Positions 33,341 to 42,876 of a stretch of DNA of 64,000 nt are shown one piece after another (position 1 is the first letter of the stretch; every line of letters starts with the position of its first letter). The position numbers and the translations under genes are program-made. The stretch is from an uncultured Fibrobacterota bacterium (GTDB taxonomy: Bacteria > Fibrobacterota > Chitinivibrionia > Chitinivibrionales > FEN-1185): the NCBI GenBank assembly GCA_963753345.1, contig CAVWBU010000015.1, positions 64,001 to 128,000 of the forward strand, given 5' to 3'. The notes below the pieces were generated by a model. That model had not been told where the DNA came from, made no database searches, and was given only the letters and a program-made list of their open reading frames with translations.

Positions 33341-34744
33341 ATGAGCACCCTCATCGACGGCATGGGCGAACAGTGCGGCATCTTCGGGATTTTCAACAGC
33401 CACGAAGCAGCGGAACTGACCTACCTCGGCCTGTACGCGCTCCAGCACCGCGGCCAGGAAAGTTCCGGCATCGCGGTGTCGAACCAGACCACCGTCACTA
33501 TGTACAAGGCAATGGGCCTGGTGAACCAGGTTTTCAAGCATCAGAGTTCGATTGACAATCTCAAAGGATCGAGCGCCATCGGCCACAACCGGTACTCCAC
33601 CACGGGATCGTCCGATCTCGCCAACGCCCAGCCGATTCTCGTCAACTGCCGCATGGGCCAGATAGCGGCCGCCCACAACGGCAACCTTACCAACACCGCG
33701 GCGCTCCGCACCGAAATGGAGAACGACGGTTCAATTTTCTCCTCGACGACCGACACCGAGGTAATCGTGCACCTCATCGCGCGGTCGAAGCGCGAAACCG
33801 TGGACGCCATGATCCTTGACGCGCTCTCGCGCGTCAAGGGGGCGTATTCCATTTTGTTCCTTACCAAGGACGCGCTGTACGGCGCGCGCGACCCGCGGGG
33901 CTTTAGGCCGCTCATCCTTGGAAGGACAGGCGACATTTCGTTCCTGTCGTCGGAGACCTGCGCGTTCGACCTGGTGGGAGCGTCGATCGAGCGCGAGGTG
34001 AAGCCGGGTGAGATGGTGCGTATTGACAAGAACGGAATCCAGAGCTTTTCCATCCCCGTGTTCGAACGCATCAAGCGTCCGTCGTACTGCATCTTCGAAT
34101 ACATTTACTTTTCGCGCCCCGATTCGTTCGTGTTCGGTGAAAACGTGGACAAGATACGGCGGAGGCTCGGCCGCCAACTCGCCAAGGAGCACCCAGTCAA
34201 GAGCGCGGACTTCGTGATGGGCGTTCCCGACTCGGCGACAACGGCCGCGCTCGGGTTCGCGCAGGAGAGCGATCTCAGGTTCGACATCGGGCTCATCCGC
34301 AACCACTATGTGGGCAGGACCTTCATCCAGCCCGTCCAGGCGGGAAGGGACCTCGGGGTACGCATCAAGTTCAATCCTGTCAAGGGCGTTCTCAAGGGCA
34401 AGAAAGTTGTCGTTGTCGACGATTCCATTGTGCGCGGCACCACCATGCGGAAGATTGTGCAGCTCCTTCGCACGGCGGAACCTGCCGAGATCCACCTCCG
34501 CATTTCGTCGCCGCCCATTGTGAGCCCGTGCTTCTACGGCATCGACATGCCCACCAAGAAGGAACTCATCGCCTCGGAGAAAACGGTCGAGGAAATCCGT
34601 AAGTACCTCGAGGTGGATTCGCTCGGCTACCTTTCCATAGACGGCCTGCTATCGGTTGTCAACGAACCGCGCTCGAATTTCTGCGCCGCGTGCTTTACGG
34701 GGGAATATCCGGTTGAGGTTTCCGGCGAGAAAGGTCACTGCTAA
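33341..34744 (+). CDS. purF: Amidophosphoribosyltransferase
   Basis: Propeptide then CGIFG; QHRGQE, VVDDSIVRGTT and CAACFTG (Fe-S) motifs. Confidence 0.97.
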   Translation: MSTLIDGMGEQCGIFGIFNSHEAAELTYLGLYALQHRGQESSGIAVSNQTTVTMYKAMGLVNQVFKHQSSIDNLKGSSAIGHNRYSTTGSSDLANAQPILVNCRMGQIAAAHNGNLTNTAALRTEMENDGSIFSSTTDTEVIVHLIARSKRETVDAMILDALSRVKGAYSILFLTKDALYGARDPRGFRPLILGRTGDISFLSSETCAFDLVGASIEREVKPGEMVRIDKNGIQSFSIPVFERIKRPSYCIFEYIYFSRPDSFVFGENVDKIRRRLGRQLAKEHPVKSADFVMGVPDSATTAALGFAQESDLRFDIGLIRNHYVGRTFIQPVQAGRDLGVRIKFNPVKGVLKGKKVVVVDDSIVRGTTMRKIVQLLRTAEPAEIHLRISSPPIVSPCFYGIDMPTKKELIASEKTVEEIRKYLEVDSLGYLSIDGLLSVVNEPRSNFCAACFTGEYPVEVSGEKGHC

Positions 34745-34761
34745 TTTCAGGAGTGTTTTTT

Positions 34762-35183
34762 GTGGGGGAAGGTTCCCCCTCGCTCCGGCCCGTCGCTCCG
34801 TCAAATCTCTGCTCGTTGGTCCTTACGCGCCGGTCCTCCGCTACCCCCTCCTGGGTAGCCGCCTTGACAAAGCAGCTGCGAGATCAAACATTGTTGTGGC
34901 GGCACCCACGAAGAGCAATGGTAAAAGAGTTGAGAAGTTGAGTAGTTGATAACTGGTAGTTGATTGATCTCTTGGGTATTTCGATTGGCGTGAGAAGAAG
35001 TGGTTGACTGACAAGACTCCTTCTGCCGCGCGTTAGGCAGGACTGGAGGTCCCGCTAGAGCGGGATGCCGCCCGGACCCGGCCGCTACTGCGGCATAGGG
35101 CCGAGGCGGCCCGAGGCCGAAGGCCGAGACCGGAAGGACGGCCGACCGGAGCCTGCGTCTTGACGAAGGCTCGGGAAACGCCC
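34762..35183. repeat. Mosaic: B 34762-34916, GTTGA tandem, linker, A(+) 35025-35183
   Basis: Complete B-tandem-linker-A unit. Confidence 0.9.
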
Positions 35184-35199
35184 ACCTTGATGATTTGAA

Positions 35200-36270
35200 C
35201 TAGACATTGAAACGAATCGACAAAATATCGCCGTCCTTGACAATGTATTCCTTGCCCTCCATCCTGAATTTCCCCGCGTCCTTGACGCCCTGTTCCGATC
35301 CCGCGGCAACGAGATCGTCGTAGGAGAAGCACTCTGCGCGGATGAAGCCGCGCGCAAGGTCGGTATGGATGGCGGCGGCGGCCTCGACCGCGGTGACGCC
35401 CCGCACGATCTCCCAGGCGCGCACCTCGTCTTCCCCAACGGTAAAGAAGCTTATATATCCGAGCGTCTCGTACGCGACAAGCGTGAGCCGGTCGGCCGCA
35501 GATTCACCGATTCCCATGTCGTCCATGAATGCCTGAATCTCCGCGGCATCGGTAAGCCGCGAGAGTTCCATCTCGAAATTCCCCGCGCATTCGATGATCT
35601 TGTAGCGGCCGGCCAGCTCCTTGACCAGCGCCGGGTCCTTCTTGAACCGGTCTTCACTGGAGTTGACGATAAGGAAGAGCGGCTTCTGGGTAAGGAGCTG
35701 GAAACCGCGGAGCATTTTCTTCTCGTCGGCCGAGAATTCGAGCGTGCGGATAGGCTGCATGGCGGTAAGCGCTTCCATAATTCTTTTAAGCAGCTTTTCC
35801 TCGGAGGCCAATGCCGGCGTCATGCCGCCCTTTGCGGATGCGGCTATCTTTGCTATCCGGTTTTCCGCGATGATCTGGTCCGACAGCAAGAGCTCCTCCT
35901 CGATGGCCTGCAGGTCGGCCGCAGGCGAGGGGGCGATGGAAGGATCGGGCGCAAAATTCCTGAGAACAACCGCAAGGCTGTCCATGGTTTTTACAAGGCG
36001 CATAAGGTCCGGAGCGAACAGCTCCTGTTTCTTCGACTCGTCACGTTCCACGCCCACGAAATCGACCAGCTCGATTCTGGCGTACACGGTTTTTTTCGGA
36101 TTGTACATCCGCGAAAGCTTGGTGATCCGCTCGTCGCGCACGTCAACAACAGCGACGTTCGGTTCAGCTTTCGCCGCGGCGTAGGCCGAGACAAGCGCCT
36201 GGGATTTCGACAGCGCGTTGAAAATGGTGGTGGTGCCGGATTTTGGAAGACCGATAAGGCCGATTTTCAA
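35200..36270 (-). CDS. ychF: YchF/Obg-like ATPase (divergent P-loop)
   Basis: TTG start; FFTVGEDEVRAW, IHTDLARGFIRAE and EGKEYIVKDGD (TGS domain). Walker A reads GLPKSGTT. Confidence 0.88.
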   Translation of the reverse strand: MKIGLIGLPKSGTTTIFNALSKSQALVSAYAAAKAEPNVAVVDVRDERITKLSRMYNPKKTVYARIELVDFVGVERDESKKQELFAPDLMRLVKTMDSLAVVLRNFAPDPSIAPSPAADLQAIEEELLLSDQIIAENRIAKIAASAKGGMTPALASEEKLLKRIMEALTAMQPIRTLEFSADEKKMLRGFQLLTQKPLFLIVNSSEDRFKKDPALVKELAGRYKIIECAGNFEMELSRLTDAAEIQAFMDDMGIGESAADRLTLVAYETLGYISFFTVGEDEVRAWEIVRGVTAVEAAAAIHTDLARGFIRAECFSYDDLVAAGSEQGVKDAGKFRMEGKEYIVKDGDILSIRFNV

Positions 36271-36420
36271 GCAGGGCTCCTTTGAGAATGAGAATAAGGG
36301 GAGGATGAAAATAGAAGATGCGGAAGAAAGGCAGGGGAGGAGAAACGGGGGAAGAGATCCGCGTGGGCTGAGTGGATAGTATGCCGATGGGTTTTACGGT
36401 GATGTGCGGGGAGGATTTAG

Positions 36421-36569
36421 TGCCAACGTGTGCCGCACTGCCCGCCGTGCCCGCCTATAATCTCGCCACCCCACGGAAGCCACGACGGAGTCTTCGACAC
36501 GGCTGGCTGACATGACGGGTGTCGAAACCGTCATGTCAAGCGGGCATGGCGCGGCTGCGTGAGTTGGTG
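36421..36569 (+). other. attC-like imperfect inverted repeat
   Basis: tgCCAAC...GTTGGtg ends with inner arms cgcactgcccgccgtgcccgc / gcgggcatggcgcggctgcg; next to AT-rich ORFs. No integrase in the window. Confidence 0.4.
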
Positions 36570-36648
36570 GCCCGTGTATGTGGCATTTGTTTCTTGGCGC
36601 GCGTCAAATTTTGTCTTTTCAATAAAACTTTGCAAAATATAGCAATAT

Positions 36649-37083
36649 TTAGTGCTTCTTGTGCAATGTTATTGTAGGTAAAACCCATTCTCCTTTGGCA
36701 TTTTGTTTTAACGATTGAAGCTGTGCGTTGGAGAGGCTGTCGTAGTATGTTGTAATGCTATCTCCCTTTATCAGAATCCTTAATGGACCACACTCCCATT
36801 GCTCTACCTTGTCGTTTATGCAGTGGGACATCGTGACTCCGCCAGCTCCGAAATTGCCAATTGAATCTGGGTGAGACGGCTGCATCCCTGCAACATCTTG
36901 CGGAGTAAGATAGAAATCAAGATTACTGGAATAAACGGAAAGACTTGGGTAGAAAATAGCTCCGCTATCAACGGCCAAGGAACCCCTATAAGCTATGAGT
37001 TCGCTAGATGTATCCCAGCAACACGAAAAGAAACTAAAGGGAAGAAACATAAGAAAGAGGCCGGAAAAGTTACTTCTGTACAT
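36649..37083 (-). CDS. Hypothetical lipoprotein-like protein (AT-rich)
   Basis: Hydrophobic N-terminus ending FFSCC; start overlaps the end of the upstream ORF. Confidence 0.55.
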   Translation of the reverse strand: MYRSNFSGLFLMFLPFSFFSCCWDTSSELIAYRGSLAVDSGAIFYPSLSVYSSNLDFYLTPQDVAGMQPSHPDSIGNFGAGGVTMSHCINDKVEQWECGPLRILIKGDSITTYYDSLSNAQLQSLKQNAKGEWVLPTITLHKKH

Positions 37084-37669
37084 TATTGCCCCATTGTTTG
37101 AAATATCCGAAGTCAAGGATAAGTCCAATTGTTAACCCAGATTGATAAGGCTCCGTAAAACCAGTTGTGAATATTTCGAAAAATTCTCCGATTGCCATAA
37201 ATGGAAGGGGCGAAAACATGATATTGTCCCCAATCTTATAAACAGCCGAAGTCTTATTGAGTTCCAAATATCTATTGCTTTCAAGCCAAACACCTCGGTA
37301 AATACTATGGGCTATTCCGATACCGCCATAAACATCGAGCATGAACTTCCACCATTTCCATAATCTGCCATAACATGGCACCAATTCGTCATACAATTGG
37401 GTAGGCGTTACCGATACTTTGTGAAATGTATATGTCTCATCGGCGTGGGAATAAATGATCTTGATCAAATGTTTATGAATTGTACCGTTGAGTTCGAAAG
37501 AGAATCCTGTCATTGAACTGTCTTCCAGCAAGAGCATTTCCGAAACCTTGGAAGAAACCCAAATTGATGAAAAATCTTCGGAGGAATTGCATATGGAAAT
37601 CAACGAAAAGACAAAGATCAGAAATTCAATCATTACTTTCATTGAAATGACCTTGACATGCGCAAACAA
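37070..37669 (-). CDS. Hypothetical exported protein (AT-rich)
   Basis: 199-aa ORF with a signal-like segment and beta-strand-like C-terminus; start uncertain. Confidence 0.5.
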   Translation of the reverse strand: MFAHVKVISMKVMIEFLIFVFSLISICNSSEDFSSIWVSSKVSEMLLLEDSSMTGFSFELNGTIHKHLIKIIYSHADETYTFHKVSVTPTQLYDELVPCYGRLWKWWKFMLDVYGGIGIAHSIYRGVWLESNRYLELNKTSAVYKIGDNIMFSPLPFMAIGEFFEIFTTGFTEPYQSGLTIGLILDFGYFKQWGNNVQK

Positions 37670-37916
37670 AGATTTCTAATAACTGTGAAAATCAGCGCGC
37701 GTCTCTTCAATGCCACAAACATGGACACCAACTACAGGTATGTCGCGATTCCACATTCCACCCAAAATGGCTTCTTATCCTACTTATCGCCGATGGCAGT
37801 CATACAGTTGATAACAAAACAATTCATGCGTTCCCTGGAAGCAAGGACAATTGCAAAAGCGGACCCAGCGAAGAAAGTGACAAAGACATGAAGTAAGTAA
37901 GTGCATGGTGCCACCA

Positions 37917-38071
37917 CTCTTCGTGGGTGCCGCCTCAGCGATGTATGGTCTCGCAGCTGCTTTGCCAAGGCGGCTACCCAGGAGGGGGTAGCGGAGGACC
38001 GGCGCGTAAGAACCAACGAGCAGCGATTTGAGGGAGCGATGGGCCGGAGCGAGGGGGAGCCATCCCCCGAC
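37917..38071 (-). repeat. Module B copy, inverted near-twin of 34762-34916
   Basis: Reverse complement aligns end to end with the copy at 34762, with about a dozen substitutions. Confidence 0.92.
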
Positions 38072-38176
38072 GAACCTGTTTTTCTTTGATCAAACTCCGC
38101 TCTTTTCCCGTCCACCCCCTTTCCCATTCCAACCGCGCATGGCTTCTTGTATTTTCATAGTGAGGAACCACGCCCA

Positions 38177-39475
38177 ATGCAATCGCCCTTTCCCTTCCGA
38201 CAACGTCTGTTTCGCAATGGTGCGGGACTTTTACCGGCCCTCTGGTTTGTGCTGCTTGTTCCACGTCTGCTCTCAGCCGAGCCCATCGTGCTCACCGGCA
38301 AAATGGTCCCTGCGCTGCTCGGTAAAACCATCGCGGGCCTGCGCGTGACCGGTCGCGCGGGCGCCTGCATCCCTTTCCAGATCGACCAGGTCGTCAACGA
38401 TGATTACGTGTGTCCGTCGGGCAAGGAGCCCAACACGGGCAGCGGCATTCTTGACACGTGCGACGAGATAGTGTTCCTGTGGGATGACGCGGACACTGTC
38501 GAGCCCAAGGGCCCGGCGGGGACGGGGAGCGGGGTCTGGGTCAGAATCAGCCACGGTATTGAATCGCGCTACGTGTGTCTCGTCGACAACGCGGCACTTC
38601 CGCGCTCCACGGTGTCGTACATCGACTACGACGACGCCGCGCAGCTCGTGACAACGCCCTACTACTATGCGACGTTCGGCCGCAACCGGTTCCATTTCAC
38701 GCGCGCGGGCGTCATGGACTTTGCCAGCGACAAGTTCGTCAACGTCACCAACGAGCTGCGCATCAAGATCTTTCTGCGGGCGCTGTGGGGCCTTTTGCCC
38801 ATCAGCTACACCGAAAACAGCATGGTCTGTTTTGTAAAGCGCTACAAGGCCGGCCCGATCCGGCTCATCAGGCGCGGCGATTTTCACCTCAACCTCGGAT
38901 TGTTCATTCAGGGGAGCAGGGCGGCGGTGAACCAGATCTGCTACCCGCAGCTGGTGAGGGTGCCCGTGTACGTCAATCTGCCGTTCCGGTTTAAAACGCT
39001 TTTTTCCGAAGCCTACATAGAAATGACCCCGGTGATCCGGCAGGAGGCCGACGATTTTTCATTCCGCGTGACGAGCCACGGCTTGTGTTTTCCAATGGGC
39101 CGTAACCAGCACATCGATACGCTGGTTGCCCTCAATCCCAACCGCACCTGCATGATCATGAGCAATGCCACCCTCGGCTACGGCTGGCTGCTCGACGCGG
39201 CCATGGCCCCAGAGTTGATTTCCGGCAGCGGGTACTGTATAAAGATCCCGTCGGATCGGGATGGCGCAGGACAATGCGGGTTCAGACTCGGAGTGCGCGA
39301 CCTGCCCAAGGGGTATTATCTCATCGGAAACTGGGTTCTGTTCTCAAAGGACGGAGCGGCAGGTCTGCCGGACGCGTGCGACCGTCTTTCCAATATGGCA
39401 GCGGTTGCGGTCGAGGGAAACCCCGCGCAGATGAACAACCAGCTCGACAGGGTTTTTGCATTCCACAAGAAATAG
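38177..39475 (+). CDS. Hypothetical secreted protein
   Basis: Long ORF with host-like codon usage, signal-like segment, IPFQID...DEIVF motif and GAGG RBS. Confidence 0.75.
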   Translation: MQSPFPFRQRLFRNGAGLLPALWFVLLVPRLLSAEPIVLTGKMVPALLGKTIAGLRVTGRAGACIPFQIDQVVNDDYVCPSGKEPNTGSGILDTCDEIVFLWDDADTVEPKGPAGTGSGVWVRISHGIESRYVCLVDNAALPRSTVSYIDYDDAAQLVTTPYYYATFGRNRFHFTRAGVMDFASDKFVNVTNELRIKIFLRALWGLLPISYTENSMVCFVKRYKAGPIRLIRRGDFHLNLGLFIQGSRAAVNQICYPQLVRVPVYVNLPFRFKTLFSEAYIEMTPVIRQEADDFSFRVTSHGLCFPMGRNQHIDTLVALNPNRTCMIMSNATLGYGWLLDAAMAPELISGSGYCIKIPSDRDGAGQCGFRLGVRDLPKGYYLIGNWVLFSKDGAAGLPDACDRLSNMAAVAVEGNPAQMNNQLDRVFAFHKK

Positions 39476-39491
39476 CGGCGGGTCCACGGGC

Positions 39492-40451
39492 ATGAAGAAG
39501 AAAAAGACGAGGGTCGTGGACTGGGATCGGTTTTCGCTTGCGCAACTGTGCAAACGGATCATCTCCCTCGATGTTCCGTTTGGTGAGCTTGCGGAATCCC
39601 TGCAAAACAAGACGTATGCCCTGTGCGTGGAAGGAAAATGCAGGAGCGCAACGCGCGAACTTGGCCGCATGGTTGAATTCTTCGAGACCAGGCAGGGCAA
39701 GAGCGAGGATGAGCGCCGTGATCTGGCGGACATCTGCATTCTGATTGGCGAAGTGAACCAGTATATCGGAGCGTTCAAACAGAGCATCAAATGGTTCTGG
39801 AGGGCGGCTGCGGCGTTCGGAGGCTATGCCATGCCCTTCCATAACCTTGCCACGTCGTTTATGGAGCTCGGCGACATCAAAAACGCGATTGCAAGCCTCG
39901 AACGGGAAACAGCGCTCGAACCGGGAAATTATTTTTCCCGGTTGCGGCTCGCCGATTTGTACGAACGCAGGGGCGAGGCGAATAAAGTCGAAAAGTGCCT
40001 CGAAAGCCTGCTTCAGCGAAACCCGGACAACATCCAGGCGCTTCACAGGCTCATTTCGCATTACGAACAACAGAAACCGGCAATAAACGTGAAGCTCCTC
40101 AGGCGCCGGCTCCTGTCGGTGAGCAGGAAGTTCAGCGAGATGGAAATGGTGATCGTGGTCTACCACCTGTGCAGGGAAGAACAGTTTGACAAGGCCCTGC
40201 GTTTCCTTGACGTCAAGCTGGGCGAGAATCCGGCAATGACCATGCTGTACCTTCTCAAGGCGCACGTGTTCGGGCGGTTGCACCGGTTCTCCATGAAACG
40301 CCGGGAGCTGGCCCAGTTTAAACGCCGCTGCTGGGGAAAACCCGAGTACATGCAGAGCAAACTTGACGAATTCGAACACGTGTTCGGGAAAAAGGCGGTG
40401 GAAAATCTGGGGAAGATATTGATGGTGACAAATCCGAATATAAATAACTAA
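39492..40451 (+). CDS. TPR-containing protein
   Basis: TPR-like repeats (PFHNLATSFMELGDIKNAIASLE...LEPGN). Confidence 0.78.
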   Translation: MKKKKTRVVDWDRFSLAQLCKRIISLDVPFGELAESLQNKTYALCVEGKCRSATRELGRMVEFFETRQGKSEDERRDLADICILIGEVNQYIGAFKQSIKWFWRAAAAFGGYAMPFHNLATSFMELGDIKNAIASLERETALEPGNYFSRLRLADLYERRGEANKVEKCLESLLQRNPDNIQALHRLISHYEQQKPAINVKLLRRRLLSVSRKFSEMEMVIVVYHLCREEQFDKALRFLDVKLGENPAMTMLYLLKAHVFGRLHRFSMKRRELAQFKRRCWGKPEYMQSKLDEFEHVFGKKAVENLGKILMVTNPNINN

Positions 40452-40467
40452 ACAATTAGTTTTCTTA

Positions 40468-40983
40468 GTGGGGGAGGTATCCCCCTCGCTCCGGTCCGGT
40501 CGCGCTGTTTGTAAATCACCATCCAGAATGTGCGCGCCCGGTCCTCCGCTACCCCCCTCCTGGGTGGCCCCCAAGTAAGTTTGTTTGCAAGAAAGTTGCT
40601 TCGGTTGGGGGGCACCCACGGAGAGCAGTTGAAAAGAAAAAGCGTTGAAAAGTTGGAAAGCCAATGCCCGAAAACAGGACATGGGAAACCAAGTGTCATT
40701 GCGAGCGCAGCGAAGCAATCACCCTACAACTTTTACCTAAAAGAACCTTGTCTGATTTGCTGCGCATGCCGATTGGCGCAATAAATATGAATTGACAGAA
40801 TAGATTCCCTCTGCCGCGCGCTAGGGGCGACTGGAGGTCCCGCCATAGCGGGATGCCGCCCGGGCCCGCCGCTGCTGCGGCATAGGGCCGGGGCGGGCCC
40901 GAGGCCGCAGGCCGACGACCCTTGGAAGCACCCGAAGGGGTGGACCGGAAGGAGAACCGACCCCGCAAAGCGGGGGAACGCCC
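40468..40983. repeat. Mosaic: B 40468-40626, GTTGA tandem, GTCATTGCGAG element 40694-40720, linker, A(+) 40813-40983
   Basis: Matches other copies; this A carries an extra ccc-gaa-ggg hairpin insertion. Confidence 0.9.
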
Positions 40984-41012
40984 AATTCTTATAACTAAAA
41001 GAAACCAAAATA

Positions 41013-42485
41013 ATGTCATCACCTATTCGCGTCAGATTTGCTCCATCACCCACAGGATACCTCCATGTGGGCGGGGCGAGGACCGCGCTGTTCAATTACC
41101 TTTTTGCAAAGCACAGCGGCGGGACGTTTATTCTCCGGATCGAAGACACCGACCGGTCCCGTTTCGTCGAAGGCGCACTCAGGGAAATCTACGACGGTCC
41201 TGCATGGCTCGGCCTTTCGTGGGACGAGGGGCCGGATGTGGGCGGCAATTTCGGCCCCTATGTCCAATCGGAGCGCCTCGACCTCTATCAGAAATACGCG
41301 GGAGATCTTCTGGACAGGGGTTTGGCCTACCGTTGCTTCTGCACCCCGCAGCGTCTCGAAGAGGTGAGGCGTGACCGCGAAAAGGCAAAGATGCTTACCG
41401 GGTATGATCGGCATTGCCGCGACCTAGACAAAGAGGAAGTCGCAAACAGCCTGAAGGAAGGGAAGAAGTACACGGTCAGGCTTAAGGTTCCCCTGGACAG
41501 AAACATTGTGTTTAGCGACATGATAAGGGGGTCCATAGAATACAAAAGCGATGTGCTCGACGACCTTGTTCTCCTCAAGTCGGACGGGTTTCCCACCTAC
41601 CATCTCGCAAACGTGGTTGACGATCACGAAATGAAAATATCGCATGTGCTGCGCGGCGACGAGTGGATTTCGTCAACGCCGCGCCACATCCTGCTGTACG
41701 AGGCATTCGGATGGACGCCGCCCGCGTTCGCGCACATGCCCGTGATACTCGACCCGTCCGGTGGAAAACTGTCAAAACGCAAGGGCGCGGCGTCGGTGAC
41801 GGATTACCGGAACAGGGGCATCCTGCCGGAGGCGCTGTTCAATTTTCTGGCGCTGCTCGGCTGGTCGCCGGGCGGCGGCGACGAGCGCGAGAAAATGACG
41901 CGCCAGGAAATCATCGAGGCATTCGCGCTCGACAAGATTTCTCCCAAGGCCGCGGTGCTCGACGAAAAGAAGCTCGACTGGATGAACGGACGGTACATGG
42001 CCGAATATCCCGCTGAGCGGCTTGTTGCTGATGTCTGCAGGCTGTGGAAGGAAAAGCAGACCATTGCCCCGGACAGGAGCGAAAGCGACCCGTACCTGCT
42101 CGCCGTGGTGCGAATGTTCAAGGACAGGTCAAAGCGCATTAACGAAATCGCTGATAATTCAGTGTATTTTTTTCACGATCCGGCGACATATGAGGAAAAG
42201 GCAGCCACGAAACATTTCACATTGCAGGCGGCAGAAATTCTGGAAATGTTGGCTGATAAGATAGCTGTGCTTGAACCCTATTCCAAGGATTCGCTTGATG
42301 CTCTTATTCATGCTTGCGCTTCTGATACGGGTTCACAGATAGGAGATCTTATTCATCCGACAAGACTGGCCGTGAGCGGCGTGAGTTTTGGACCGGGGTT
42401 GTTTGAGATGATGGAAACTATAGGTAAAGAAACTGTGGTGAGGAGAATAAGAAAGGCAATTGATAAAATAAGAAAGAAAGATTGA
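41013..42485 (+). CDS. gltX: Glutamate--tRNA ligase
   Basis: RFAPSPTGYLHVGG (HIGH), LRIEDTD and KLSKR motifs. Confidence 0.97.
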   Translation: MSSPIRVRFAPSPTGYLHVGGARTALFNYLFAKHSGGTFILRIEDTDRSRFVEGALREIYDGPAWLGLSWDEGPDVGGNFGPYVQSERLDLYQKYAGDLLDRGLAYRCFCTPQRLEEVRRDREKAKMLTGYDRHCRDLDKEEVANSLKEGKKYTVRLKVPLDRNIVFSDMIRGSIEYKSDVLDDLVLLKSDGFPTYHLANVVDDHEMKISHVLRGDEWISSTPRHILLYEAFGWTPPAFAHMPVILDPSGGKLSKRKGAASVTDYRNRGILPEALFNFLALLGWSPGGGDEREKMTRQEIIEAFALDKISPKAAVLDEKKLDWMNGRYMAEYPAERLVADVCRLWKEKQTIAPDRSESDPYLLAVVRMFKDRSKRINEIADNSVYFFHDPATYEEKAATKHFTLQAAEILEMLADKIAVLEPYSKDSLDALIHACASDTGSQIGDLIHPTRLAVSGVSFGPGLFEMMETIGKETVVRRIRKAIDKIRKKD

Positions 42486-42488
42486 TTT

Positions 42489-42835
42489 GGTGGGGGAAGT
42501 TTCCCCCTGCCTGCGGCCCTACGGTCCTCCGGCACCCCCTCGTGGGTGGCCCCCAAGGAAGTTGATTTGCAAGAAAGATGCCTCGGTTGGGGGGCACCCA
42601 CGAAGAGCGGCTGTAGTTAATAATCAAATGACAAGAGGTTAATTCCCTCTTTGTAAGGAAAGCGGGGAAAACCTTCTGTCCGCGCGTTAGGGGCGACTGG
42701 AGGTCCCGCTGAGGCGGGATGCCGCCCGGACCCGGCCCTGTGGGCCATAGGGCCGTGGCGGCCCGAGGGCGGAGCCCGAGACCGGAAGGAGAACCGACCC
42801 GAGCCCGAGCGCAAGCACGGGCGAGGGGAACGCCC
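42489..42835. repeat. Mosaic: B 42489-42608, A(+) 42679-42835
   Basis: Begins 4 nt after the gltX stop. Confidence 0.9.
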
Positions 42836-42876
42836 AGTCTTTCTTACTATACCAAAAAGGAAAAAGAGAGAACATC

